This document shows, one piece after another, positions 22,726-33,929 of a stretch of 48,139 bases of DNA. Below the pieces are notes generated by a model, which was given only the letters and a program-made list of their open reading frames with translations, made no database searches and had not been told where the DNA came from. Source of the DNA: Octopus bimaculoides (lineage: Eukaryota); the NCBI RefSeq assembly GCF_001194135.2, contig NC_068989.1, forward strand, positions 47,387,625 to 47,435,763, read 5' to 3'. Position 1 is the first letter of the stretch. Each line of letters starts with the position of its first letter. A program made the position numbers and the translations under genes.

Positions 22726-25700
22726 CCAAAGGTGAAAGCCTTTCGCCCGATGGATACCCTGTGATTGAGCAGCTCAGGCCCGGTCGTCATCCAGAGACTG
22801 CTTGTACACAAAGCCCAGAGGCAGAGCAGAATGTGGGATAAGGAGGCAAACCGAACGGTAACAGAATGCTGAATCAGGAGTGAACCCAGTAGAAGGGGAT
22901 TCCGAAAATGAACCAAAGCAGAATGGAATGAAATAGGACTCTTCGAAATAAGTGAGTAACGGTTAGCAGACCGGGCAAGAGCAATAAGAGCAAAAGAGTG
23001 GCTAACAGACATGAACATTGAAGTGATAGAAAGGCAAGAAGAAAATAGAAATAATACTTCAACAACAGATAACGAGCCAGTGAGAACAGAAAAATGAAAG
23101 GCGGTAGTAAAGACGAAGAGCAAAGTCTAAATGTAAATGCATTCTTAGCAAATGAAGCAGAATAGGAAGAGCTATATCTCAAGTAAATGATGATGACCAA
23201 CAAGACACAGTGAGGATGTTTTGACGATATATTAGAGACGACCAATGTCAAGCATCCCCCAATCTGCAGTACATTGATCGATGCAAGCCCAAAGTTGAAA
23301 CCGAAAAGATAGATTCGGTCCCTGACCTATTCAAGGCGAGAAACATAAATGAAACTAACAAGATCATTTGGCTGCTTCAGGTAGAGTTAGATACAGAAGA
23401 AGAGAACAAGCAGAACGTAAAGAACCATTCTGGCGTATATGAATTGTGGGAGATAAAGTTAAAAAGACATTTAGGACAAGTTGATAGATTGAATGGATGG
23501 GAAATGCAGAAGGAAAGCATAAGAATAATGCTGGAAAGAACATATAGAATAAGAGATAAAGGCTATGATGTGATATTGGAAGAATTGAAACAAAGAGTAG
23601 CAGCAATCAAAGCAAAACTGGAAAGATGTGACAGTAGGAAAAGACAGTTGAAGTAAAACAGGTTGTTTGAAGCAAATCAGAAGAAACTGTTTCAGGAACT
23701 AAATGGGCAATTATACGTATCAATGACACTAGTTGCAGAAGAAAGCAAGGCATTTTGGAGAAGGATCTGGGAACAACCTGTAGAGCATAATGATGAAATG
23801 GAGTGGCTGCATGAAATCCAAGAGATATAGACGACCAAGAAAATATAAAACTATCTACAGCAATTATAAAAAAAGCAGTTAAGAAAATTTCTATATTGGA
23901 AGAGCGGATGGGGGTCCCGGTTTATTGGATGAAGAAGCTGAGAGGGCTCCATGAAAGGGTGGCGCAACAGTTAGATGAGTGCTTGCAGGAAGGTGCCTTA
24001 TCCAGCTGGATGACAAAGGGAAAGATATTGTTATGTGACAAGGATCCTGAAAAGGGAAATGTTGCATCCAACTTCAGACAAATAACATGCTTTCCACTAA
24101 TGTAGAAACTAATGTCAGATGCTTTGGTCGGTGAACTGTATAGACACTTGGAAAAAAATGGGCTTCTACCTATTGAAAAGAAAGGGTGCCGAAAGAGGAG
24201 CCGGGGAACGAAGTATCAGCGCTTAACTGATAATGTGATTATCAGGAACTGCAAGAGAAGACACACAAACCTGAGCATAGCATGGGTTGATTATCGTAAG
24301 CATACGTTATGATACCACATTCCTGCATAATAAGAACAATGGAAATGTATGGAGTAGCAGAGAATATGAGAAGCCTCATATGGAATAGCATGAAGTATTA
24401 GAGAACGTAATTGACAGCAGGGAATCAAGTAGTATTAGGAGAGGGGAAAATCAAGAGAGGAATCTTCACGAGGGAGTGTGTCCCCAATGATATTCGTGCA
24501 GGGAATGAACCCCTTGAGTAAAATACCACAGGAAGCAAATTTGGGGCATGATCTGAGAAGAATTAAGGGAAAACTGAACTACATGGTATTCATGGATGAC
24601 CTGAAGCTATTCACAGAAACTGAGGTAGATCTGGACAGCCTAGTCCAGTCTGTGTAAATTTGGACTCTCTAAATGTGCTACGATGGCGATGAGACGAGGA
24701 AAGATTGTCAGGACAGAAGGTCTATGGTTGCCAAGTGGTGAAATTATGAAGGCAATTCAGCCTCATTCCAACTACAAATACCTGGGAATACTTGAGGCAG
24801 ATGGAATCAAACACAACGATATGAAGGTAAAGGCGAAAAGGGAGTACCTGTGCGAGTGAAAAAAAAACATTGGCTTCAAAGCTGAATGCCAGAAACGCAA
24901 TTTCAGCAATAAACTCGCGCTCTGTCTCAGCAGTTCGTTATGGCGCTGGAATCCTGCAGTGGACAGAAGAGGAGTTAAAGTAGATAAACAGGAAGTCAAG
25001 AAAGCTACTACCGATGCATGGAGCCCATCATCCACGTGCAGACACTGATCGCCTATACATGAAAGGAGCAAATGGAGGAAGAGGACTGATAAGTGTGGAA
25101 GACTGCGTGCGTATCGAACTCGAGAACTTCATGAGATACCTAGCATAAAGTAAGAATACCTTGGTACAGACTGTTAGGAACGTGGTAGTATAGAAAGCAA
25201 GGGAGAAAGGGAAAATAAAGGAAAATGTACAAAAATGGACATGAAGAAGAATTACGCAAGAAGGGACTACACAATCATTTTCTATCTGGCACAGCAGAAG
25301 TTGCTGGAAAACATACGTGGGAATTACTGATAAAGGGAACACTTAGAAAAGAGACCGAGAGCATTATACTGGTAGCGGAAGACAAAGCTTTGGCCACGAA
25401 CTGGAGGGTCAACCTTACGAATGAGCAAATGTCTGCGCTGTGCCGCATCTGCAGTTAAGTGGATGAGACCATTGCCCATATCACGAACGAATGCTATAGA
25501 CTTGCCCAAATCCACAAGGAGCACTACCTATGCTATATAGTTGATGATGCATACCCCTTTGACCCACGAAGAGTCGAGAAGAAAGGCAAAAGGATGGATA
25601 AATACAACTCTCTTAATTAAGATATAGCCCGGCAAGGGAAAAGGAGAAGGTGAAGATAGTGTTAGAAGGCATCAAGGGGAATAGAAAGGAAATTGGAACA

Positions 25701-25863
25701 GAGTGCCCAGTAGAACTGTTACAAAAGGTTTGCCTCCTTGGCACAGCCAGAGTAATCATGAAAGTATTGGATAGCTGAAAAGAACGGATAGCATGGTACT
25801 GTAGCATGTAGGTAGTAATCCGCTACGCATGCAACACTCCAGGAGCTCCAACAAAACCTGTGA
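22726..25863 (+). mobile_element. Near full-length, pseudogenised R4/Dong-type RLE retrotransposon (family b), ~3.1 kb, between TAA tracts
   Basis: Frameshifted single ORF: PGRHP; SE*RLADRARAIRAKEWL; LEELKQRVAAIKAKLERC..NRLFEANQKKLFQEL; RT motifs WMTKGKILLCDKDP..SNFRQITCFPLM, KGCRKRSRGTK, AWVDYRK, FMDDLKLF (FMDD at 24589-24600), YKYLGILEAD; GGRGLISVEDC; CCHC knuckle CRICS*VDETIAHITNEC (from 25441); partial RLE ..LLQKVCLLGTARVIMKVLDS* (stop 25776-25778). The 3' UTR ends CCTGTGA+(TAA)n. Confidence 0.92.
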
Positions 25864-25880
25864 TAATAATAATAATAATG

Positions 25881-25939
<59 letters not shown>
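25864..25939 (+). repeat. (TAA)n microsatellite between retrotransposon copies
   Basis: Direct sequence. Confidence 0.95.
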
Positions 25940-25942
<3 letters not shown>

Positions 25943-26140
25943 GATTTTGAAATAGAAATTGGCAAAATGTGGAACCTCAAGACTAAAACAATACCCGTTC
26001 TCATAGGTGCAGTAGGAATGAGAACAAAAGGGGCTGATTCCTATCCGGCTCAGATACCAGGAAATCCCAAAATGGAAGAAATGTTTTAAATGGTGCCAAT
26101 GGAAACTGCCCATATGGTACGTAAAAGATTGTTTATGCAG
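25940..26140 (+). mobile_element. 5'-truncated R4/Dong-type RLE fragment (family c)
   Basis: KDFEIEIGKMWNLKTKTIPVLIGAVGMRTKGADSYPAQIPGNPKMEEMF*MVPMETAHMVRKRLFM, homologous to family a's C terminus but clearly different. Confidence 0.85.
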
Positions 26141-26233
26141 GCGCAGGCCCAGAAATATTTTAATCCGTAAACAGTGTCAAAATACTTTTAAATGTGCATA
26201 ACAGCAAACACCTTTTACTGCCATCTTAATATC

Positions 26234-26675
26234 AGATTATCATTTCATAAAGTGTTAGAGAACCGAAGGTTGGATATAGTAACATTTAGGAGGGACAAAC
26301 AAGAGTGCCTAATAATCGACGTAGCAGTTCCAGGAGATCAACACATCATCATGAAGGAAAGAGAAAAAGTTGATATATATGGAAACTTGAGAATTGAGAT
26401 CGCTAAGATGTGGCAGCAACGAGAGTCGAACATACACGTTATCCCTATTGTCATCGGAGCACTGGATCCAATACCACCCAAACTGAAAAGAAAAAATCTG
26501 AAAACCTTAGAAATACCCTACAATCTAGATGTATTGCAAAAGTTGGCATTACTTGGAACTGGAACTGCACGCATATTGCGTAAAGTATTGTACGTCTGAG
26601 GTCTTTTTTGCGACTTGACAAAATCCCCGGTAAACACAATCAACAACCTCACGATATTGTATACTGTGGACCTCT

Positions 26676-26676
<1 letters not shown>
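26234..26676 (+). mobile_element. 5'-truncated R4/Dong-type RLE fragment (family d) with 3' UTR and (TAA)n tail
   Basis: ENRRLDIVTFRRDKQECLIIDVAVPGDQHIIMKEREKVDIYGNLRIEIAKMW..VIPIVIGALD..LQKLALLGTGTARILRKVLYV* (RPDIV/IDVAVP.D/KE.EK..KY RLE motif with P>L and K>I changes); stop at 26597-26599. Confidence 0.9.

Positions 26677-26731
<55 letters not shown>
26677..26731 (+). repeat. (TAA)n microsatellite
   Basis: Direct sequence. Confidence 0.95.
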
Positions 26732-26911
26732 CCTTTATATTATAAGCACAAGGAGCGAAATTTGAGGGAGGGGAACAGTCGATTACTACGACCCCAGTAC
26801 TCACCTGTTATTTATTTTAATCGACCGAGAAAGGATGAAAGGTGAACTCAACCTCGGCGGAAGTTGAACCCAGAGCGTGAAGACATACAAAATACCGCAA
26901 AGCATTTCGCC
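26732..26911 (-). mobile_element. SINE family A, head truncated
   Basis: CACAAGG..GAAATTTGAGGGAGGGG..CGATTAC..GACCCCAGTA..GAAAGGATGAAAGG..CCTCGGCGGAAGTTGAACCCAG, homologous to 774-980. Confidence 0.8.
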
Positions 26912-27054
26912 AATAAAAGTGTTGCTATTGCTGTAAATATATTGATTTCGAGATATTTACAATAGGCTCATTCACATTTATCAGACTGGGATTGCCTAGA
27001 CCGGTAATACGCAATGGACCTCTGGCCTATATATATCGTTATCAAACGGCCTAA

Positions 27055-27260
27055 GCAGTGAAATGGCAGAATTGTTAAAACATCAGACAAACTAATTTGT
27101 GATACATGTTTCAGATCTTTTTATTCTAAGTTCAAATCTTGCAGAAGTTAACTTTCCCTCTCCGGAGTCGATTAAATAATGTGCCATCGGTGCACTAGGT
27201 TCGATGTAAACGACTACTCCCTTTCCTCTAAGTCCAGGCCTTGTGCATACACTACAAAAT
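27055..27260 (+). mobile_element. SINE family A, diverged
   Basis: Head TGGCAGAATTGTTAAAAC, B box AAGTTCAAATCT, body GGAGTCGATTAAATAATGTGCCA..GGTTCGATGTAAACGACT..GGCCTTGTGC. Confidence 0.65.
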
Positions 27261-27819
27261 GCTACAAAATACCTTCTACTGTGAACTGGAAATCACAGCA
27301 TAGTATTGATTTTCCCGGTGTCACCTCGTAGCTCTATGAAATTTTGACTTTATTGTATACAATACTTCCGTACTTAAGTTAGGTGAGAATATCTTACGGT
27401 AAAGCTTTAAATACTTTTGATTGTTACATTCACCTCTTCGATCAAACCTTGGAATACTACGGCTTGTTACCTGCTGATTCAGGTTATTACTGTAGATTTT
27501 GAATGATAGTTTTATCAATAGGTCTCCAATAAAATTTATTCATGGCAACATGTATTTCAGATTTTCAGTCTGTCGTTTGTTTCCTCTGTCTAATTCTACA
27601 ATATTTCTATATTGTCCTTACGAACATTGTTAATTTACCGAAGATTACGTCTATGATACGCAAGTTTTGATGCCTCAGCAATAAATCTTATGCTAAGTAG
27701 GTAATTTCCTTTACAGATTCACACGCATAATATTATGCATGCGTAACACCATGATCAAGTGTGGACATGTGCGCAAGATCGTATGTGGATATGCGTGTAT
27801 GTGAATGTTTCCGACTGTG

Positions 27820-28013
27820 TGTGTGTATGTGTGTGTGTGTGTGTGTGTTTTTATCTGGATAATATATACATAAACATTTGTGCTATATTCGTACGCAAGC
27901 AAAACTATCTATATATGATGCGCACAGCTAAAATTATTTGCGTCAACACGGGCATGGACAATTGCCCTTTCTGTCTTTCTCTCGCTTTTTCGCATACACA
28001 AACGCACACAAAA

Positions 28014-28070
<57 letters not shown>

Positions 28071-28265
28071 ATATATAGTGAGAGAGAGAGAGAGAGAGAG
28101 AAATAACTAGATAGATACATAGATAAACACGTGCGTGTATTTTAGTTATATAATATATTTCTATGCAACGTTGATAATGTATAATGTACAGAGTGTATGT
28201 ATGTATGTATGTATGTATGTATGTATGTATGTATGTATGTATGCATGCATGTATGTATATGTACA
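27820..28265. repeat. Compound (TG)n/(TA)n/(GA)n/(TATG)n microsatellite field
   Basis: Direct sequence. Confidence 0.85.
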
Positions 28266-30293
28266 TGTGCTTGAATATATGCACTCAACACAAACATACA
28301 GGATCACATATATTTGATTTATATATTTAGTACATATCACATTTACTTATGTAAATATATATGCATTGTCGAAAACATACGCGCGTATGTGTAAATACCT
28401 ACACATAAATACGCGTGCACGAACATGTAAGATAGAAAATGAGAGAGAGAGAGATTGTACTACTCAAAACCTTATTTCTTATGAGATTTCATAAAAGATC
28501 TTATTTACTGTATATTTGTTGCAATTTGCATTTATTTCTTACCTGAGGTTTCGCGCATAATTAAATGATCATAAACCACTTAGTTTTGCATGCATCTGAG
28601 TATCTGCATGCGTGGCTGTTTGTACATTCTAGGAAATTTGGAAATGGTTGGACAAAGAGGAAAATAAATATCAAACATTTCTTTGATTACATCTATTCCT
28701 TTTGAAATAAAGGAATTTGGTTTGTTGTAAGAACGCACTTTCTTATTCCTTCTTATAAAAGTTCCTACCTACTAATGTTGCCGTGTGCTTTTCTGTCAGT
28801 GATAAAGAATGAAAAGATGATGGGTCTTCCCTATTATTTTATAAATTCGTTTGCAGCAACCTGGCTAGATAATATCAGAGAAAGATAATGGCTGAATCGA
28901 ATTGTTCTCATTAGAAAGGCAAAGTAGTGTAAAGCAAAAATATGTATAACTCTAGATATAAGACGAACCATCAAGGGAGCAAGGAAGCTGCTAGAGCGTC
29001 GGATACAATGACTTACTTTTACATTAATCTGGAAGACAGAGATCCACACTTTGTTCTGGTCCAAATTTCTGAGCTTTGGTTTCAAATCACACCCAGATTT
29101 ACTTTGCAGGTTCATAATTTAGAGATCGATAAATATTGTAGCTCATTCCTTCTTTCATCTTCATGACCTCGACTCTGCCTCTGTCACTCTCTTTCGCTCA
29201 TAATTAACGATAGCTCCCATTTGAGGTCTTGCAGATAACACCGAAAATAATGTCAGGGAAGCTATGTTCTTATTTCTCCAGGAAAATTCCATGGTAGTCA
29301 TGGAAATCTTTTGCAAAATCGATATGTCATCGAAACAAGCATCCATTCGAATTTTCCTTTCGTCTTCATATTTTTTACACAGTAAATAAATACTATACTG
29401 GGTCGATATGATTAACGAAAACAATTGAAGTCGCTGCCTTATTATGGCCGCATTCCACTGAGAATACACAATTAAAGAACATTCGAAAGATTGTTTGACA
29501 ATGTCGTTTCGAGTACAAATATTTGACTTAAACCCACTTCTTGTCTAAAATACTTAAGAGAATAAAATTTGTAATCAGCATAGACAGAGATGACTCGATT
29601 ATATATAACTCTATTGCTTAAATCTATCGACAGGTCATCAACATATAATCGATAACAGTATCATTATTTCTTCACATTTAAACCTTAGAGTGGCAGAACA
29701 TTAATTGCGAATTTGTAACTCATAAAAGATGATTATGTGTAGTTCGGTTATTGAGAATTCGATTTTAAATCGATATTATATCACCCAGAGAAATATAGTT
29801 TTAGAGGTCACAGAAACAAACAAAAGATCTCCTACGCGGTGCCGAGATGTGTTGGAAAGAGAAACAAATCGCTCTAGAAGTGTACCATACAATCTTGAGT
29901 AAACTAACGAATCATTCTTGATGCAAAACACTTGAACAGAAAAGACGAGTACATCGCAGCTGAAATGCTTTGTATCACAAGCCCCATCAATGGAGGCTGC
30001 CTAAAAGATGAAGAACAATAACTACAATATAAGTCTTTTCTGAGAAGCTCCCAATGAGAACCTGTATTAAGGATTGATGTGGTTTATAATGAGATATACA
30101 ATTGCTTGCAGACGGGTAGAGTCGAACATAAGTACTACAAAGTATTATATGTAACTAGTGGGACCCGTAAATATTTCTCAGAATTAATGGTAAGCCATTA
30201 AAGCTTTATCCAAAATACCTGAAAGCATAGTCTGCGTTGTGTCTATATGGAAAGACAGTTGCTCATCTCTTACTCATTGAAAAGTGAAAGTGT

Positions 30294-30482
30294 TGGTTTC
30301 AAATTTTGGCGCAAGGTCATCAATTACGAGAGGTAGTGGATAAGACGATTACATCGACCCAAATGTTCAAACTGGTAGTTATTTATTTTATCGACGCCGA
30401 AATGATAAAAGGTTAAGTCGACCTTGGTGGAATTTGAATTCAGAACGTAACAGACAGACCAAATGCCGCTAAGCATTTTGCC
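30294..30482 (-). mobile_element. SINE family A, head truncated; its 3' part plus flank forms the left arm of an inverted duplication
   Basis: GGTTTCAAATTTTGGCGCAAGG..CGATTACATCGACCC..GTCGACCTTGGTGGAATTTGAATTCAGAACGTA..GCCGCTAAGCATTTTGCC. Confidence 0.85.
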
Positions 30483-30529
30483 TGCCAGGTGTGAAAACCA
30501 TTCAACCATCATACCCACTTAATTATATA

Positions 30530-30669
30530 CAGTAATACCTCAGTTTACGAAGGTCCTCTTTACGAGACCACGGCTCTACGAGTTTTTACGAATTTATGTT
30601 CTGCTTACGAGTTTTCGCTTTACGTGCGTTATCCGGGAACGAATTAATTCGTACACTGAGGCATCACTG
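30530..30669. mobile_element. 140-bp Tigger/pogo-like MITE
   Basis: TA at 30528-30529 and 30670-30671. TIRs CAGTAATACCTCAGTTTACGAA and reverse-complement CAGTGATGCCTCAGTGTACGAA (19/22). Confidence 0.85.
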
Positions 30670-31414
30670 TACAATATTCTTAGCTATGAAATTCCGACTA
30701 AGGTTATCCATGCAATTAGTAACTAAGTACTTTCATTGGGAGTTTTTAGATTTAAATACAAGAAGCAAGGGCAATTACACCAGAGATATCACCTGATCTA
30801 TTACCTGATCGACTTAACCTTTTATCATTTCGGCGTCGATAAAATAAATAACTACCAGTTGAACATTTGGGGTGATGTAATCGTCTTACCCACTACCTCT
30901 CGTAATTGATGGCCTTGTGCCAAAATTTGAAACCAACACTTTCACTTTTCAATGAGTAAGATGGTGAAATTTTACTTAACTAGCAAACAGTTAAGAATTC
31001 GTTTGTTGTGATGTCACCGAATGGCTTCCTCATCATCTGGACTAATGTCAAACGGCTTTAATGTTTACAATTATCAAACTAAATTTTGAATAATTACCTC
31101 CCTTTATTATTAGGATACTAATTGCAATTGACTTCTTTATTTTCTATTTGAATAGTGTACAAAATATAGGCTACTGCATCTAGCTGTAATAGCTTCAGGA
31201 AACTAGTGACGGACTTTGGAGGCAAAAAAAAAAACTATCATCAAAAAGTTTTTCACAAATTTGAATAAGATCGAACGCTATTGATAAAGTGGGATAGGAA
31301 TACTGGCTTTTCCAACGAGGCCCAAAATCAAATTCCGGAGCTGTATTTGTCTGGCAGATAATAAGATCTGAGACTGTGTGTTGAAACTAAAGTAATTACA
31401 GCGTGGAAAATTTA

Positions 31415-31515
31415 TTTTAGTCATTCAAAACACTCAGAAAATGTTAACTTCATCACAATTTTTGTCTCATTGATTAAATGAAGTTAACATTTTCTGTGTT
31501 TTTGAATGGTTAAAA
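31415..31515. other. ~100-nt fold-back hairpin (38-bp arms, 24-nt loop)
   Basis: Inner 19 bp are perfect (CAGAAAATGTTAACTTCAT/ATGAAGTTAACATTTTCTG); the outer part TTTTAGTCATTCAAAA pairs imperfectly with TTTTGAATGGTTAAAA. Confidence 0.8.
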
Positions 31516-31635
31516 ATTATATTATTTCATTTCTTAGAAATGAAATAAATTTATTTGAAAATGTTCTTGTTCAAAATGTTAAAATCTCTTTACTTTACAT
31601 AATTCAAAAAAATACTACGTATTAGTATTACCGAC

Positions 31636-31930
31636 GGCGCGTGGCTTAGTGGTTAATGTGTTGCACTCACGATCGTAAGGCAGTGGGTTCTATTCCTGGA
31701 CCGGACAACGAGTTGTGTCCTTAAGCAAAGCACTTCATTTCAAGTTGCTGCAGTCCACTCAGCTGTAAATAGGTAAGCATGCGACAGACGAGCCTTCTGA
31801 TCAGTGCGGATTGTCAGCCTTCTTGCCCAGCCAGCGGAGTGGCATCCTTCGAAAGCTAATGCAATGTGGAGCGCATTGTGACCAGCGATATATAACTTCC
31901 GATAATCTGGTCGATAAGGTGATACCGTGA
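31636..31930 (+). mobile_element. tRNA-derived SINE with a CORE-like body, tail type 1
   Basis: A box TGGCTTAGTGG, B box GGGTTCTATTCC, body TTGTGTCCTTAAGCAAAGCACTT..CAGTCCACTCAGCTGTAAAT; tail GCATTGTGACCAGCGAT shared with 46551-46837. Confidence 0.85.
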
Positions 31931-32050
31931 TTATTTCATTTCATTTCGTTGTCCTGACGTTCGATTTTCGAACCCATTCGAAACACCTACGGATTTTACT
32001 CGATTTGTTGTTTTCGATTTAACACCGTAGTAAATATATACTACAGTGAA

Positions 32051-32390
32051 GGCACATGGCTCACAGGTTAGAGCGTCGGGCTCGCAATCATGAGGTAGTG
32101 AGTTCGATTCCCGGACCGGGCTGCGTTTTGTGTTCTTGAGCACGACACTTTCTTTCACGTTGCTCCAGTTCATTCACCTGTAGAAATGAGTTGTGACGTC
32201 ACTGGTGCCGAGTTGTATCGGCCTTTGCTTTTTTCTCGGATAACATCAGTGGCGTGGAGAGGGGACGCTGGTATGCATGGGCGACTGCTGGCCTTCCATA
32301 AACTACCTAGCCCGGACTTGTCTGTCGGAGGGGAACTTTCTAGATACAATCCCATGGTCTTTGATGACCGAAGGGGCTCTTTGCCCTTTC
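32051..32390 (+). mobile_element. tRNA-derived SINE with a CORE-like body, tail type 2
   Basis: Head GGCACATGGCTCACAGGTTAGAGCG, B box GAGTTCGATTCC, body TGTGTTCTTGAGCACGACACTTTCTTTCACGTTGCTCCAG; tail ..CATGACCGAAG-like, shared with 45943-46254. Confidence 0.85.
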
Positions 32391-32487
32391 AGATATATAC
32401 TGACATGGAATGATTCGACTATATCAATATGATTTTCAGATAGCAGCGCTAGTTCGAGATCCACTATATGGTCACTAGACCAATAAG

Positions 32488-32815
32488 ATGTTGTTGTTGT
32501 TGGCACTCCGTCGCTTACGACGTCAAGGGTCCCAACGGAACAGCCTGCTCATGAAATTAACGTGCCAGTGGCTGAGCCCTCCACAGACACGTGTACCCTT
32601 AACGTAGTTCTCGGGGATATTCAGCGTGACACAGTGTGACAAGGCTGACCCTTTGAATTACAGGCACAACAGAAACAGGAAGAAAGAGTGAGAGAAAGTT
32701 GTGGTGAAAGAGTACAGCAGGGTTCGCCACCATCCCCTGCCGGAGCCTCGTGGAGCTTTAGGTGTTTTCGCTCAATAAACACTCACAACGCCCGGTCTGA
32801 GAATCGAGACCCTCC
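32488..32815 (-). mobile_element. tRNA-derived SINE remnant, tail type 3, ending in (CAA)n
   Basis: Minus strand: B-box remnant GGTCTCGATTCTCAGACCGGG, GTGTTTATTGAGCGAAAACAC, tail GTCACGCTGAATATCCCCGAGAACTACGTTAAGGGTACACGTGTC..CGACGGAGTGCCA+(ACA)n. Confidence 0.75.
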
Positions 32816-33047
32816 GACTAACTTGCAGTAGACATAAAAATTAAAGAATTTGTCCTTGAAATACATGAATTTCATAATCAATTACGAACAAGTATTCGAT
32901 GTTTTCGCTTGGTCACACTACAAAATATCGTGGCATCGAAAGATATCTGTTTTCATCTTATTATATTAGAGCAGGGAAGTTGAGAAATATATAGACCAAA
33001 CAATCAATACAAGTGTAGTTATAATATGTGCATTTGTCAAATGAGTT

Positions 33048-33240
33048 ATGTTGTTGTTGTTGTCGTATTTCCCTCGGTCAGTACTGAACGAGTAGAAATA
33101 TGAACCAGAGTATTTCCAATGTGCCCGTATTAAGAACTGTATAAGTAGAGGATGTCTTTAGGGTGCTAGTTTGCGAGCTGAAGGAAAATCGGCTGCAATT
33201 GCGAACCACTTATAGATCACCTACAATCACTGGAGAGGTT
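33048..33240 (-). repeat. Degenerate interspersed repeat 3' end with a (CAA)n tail; a possibly related copy lies at ~33455-33625 (+)
   Basis: Both end in TCAG..CTGACC.G.G..A.ACAA-like sequence; similarity is weak. Confidence 0.35.
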
Positions 33241-33929
33241 TTTTTCGAGAGAAGTCTTCTTCACTTCCTATAACGATCTGCAAGACTTTTTCAAGTCGGT
33301 GTAGTGTAATATCAAAGATACTTGGTAGCTATTTTAAGAGACTATATAGTCTCCAACAATGAATCGAGAAGAGACAACTACATTGCCTCAGGCAAGGTGT
33401 TCTTCAATAGGTGTTGAGTGAAGATGTTAACAGAGTTAGTTTAAAAGTATGAATCGTAGTCAATGAGGAAGCCTCAGTGAGATTATTCGACCTGTAGAAA
33501 TGAAAATGATATCTTTTTTTCATATCACAAGATACTATTTCAGAAGGGAACTATTTATTAAGAAATGATGTCATAGCTTGAACACGTTTGATCAGGTGTG
33601 TTTTCAGTCAGGCCTGACCAGTGATTAGATAACAAGAAAATTGTCCAAAATATCGATTGATTACATTAGGTTATTACCAGATATTTGAGAAGAAAGACGT
33701 ACTGCTGATTGAGCTGACAACAGTATATGATTTCAGAACAGCAAATGCAATATTGCCGGAAACGAAGAATGCTAGATTAAAAGATGACTCGCCTTCATAT
33801 CAATGTACTTCTGCGCTGCATCAAAAGCTGTGAATCCTATTATCAAGCATATAATATGTCGTGAAAGAAGATTCTGTTTGATAGGTTCCATCATTTCCCT
33901 GAAACTGCATATGCAGGCCAAAGTAAAAG

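Larger units (their letters stand above)
30269..30960. repeat. Local inverted duplication: arms 30269-30421 and 30809-30960 (~96% identical), 387-bp spacer
   Basis: 5 substitutions and 1 indel over ~153 bp. The arms share 25 bp of non-SINE flank (CTTACTCATTGAAAAGTGAAAGTGTT) and private SINE variants. Confidence 0.92.

Noticed and set aside
22731-22747. GGTGAAA-GCC-TTTCGCC hairpin at the 5' end of the long RLE element, as a possible HDV-like ribozyme
   Set aside because: The two strands are only 3 nt apart, which is incompatible with the nested double-pseudoknot order; I could not build P2, P3 or P1.1.
28830-29470. Coding-like composition on the minus strand
   Set aside because: Every frame is interrupted by stops and I recognise no motif.
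31636-32115. tRNA genes suggested by A/B boxes
   Set aside because: The boxes run straight into SINE bodies and no cloverleaf acceptor stem closes; these are SINE heads.
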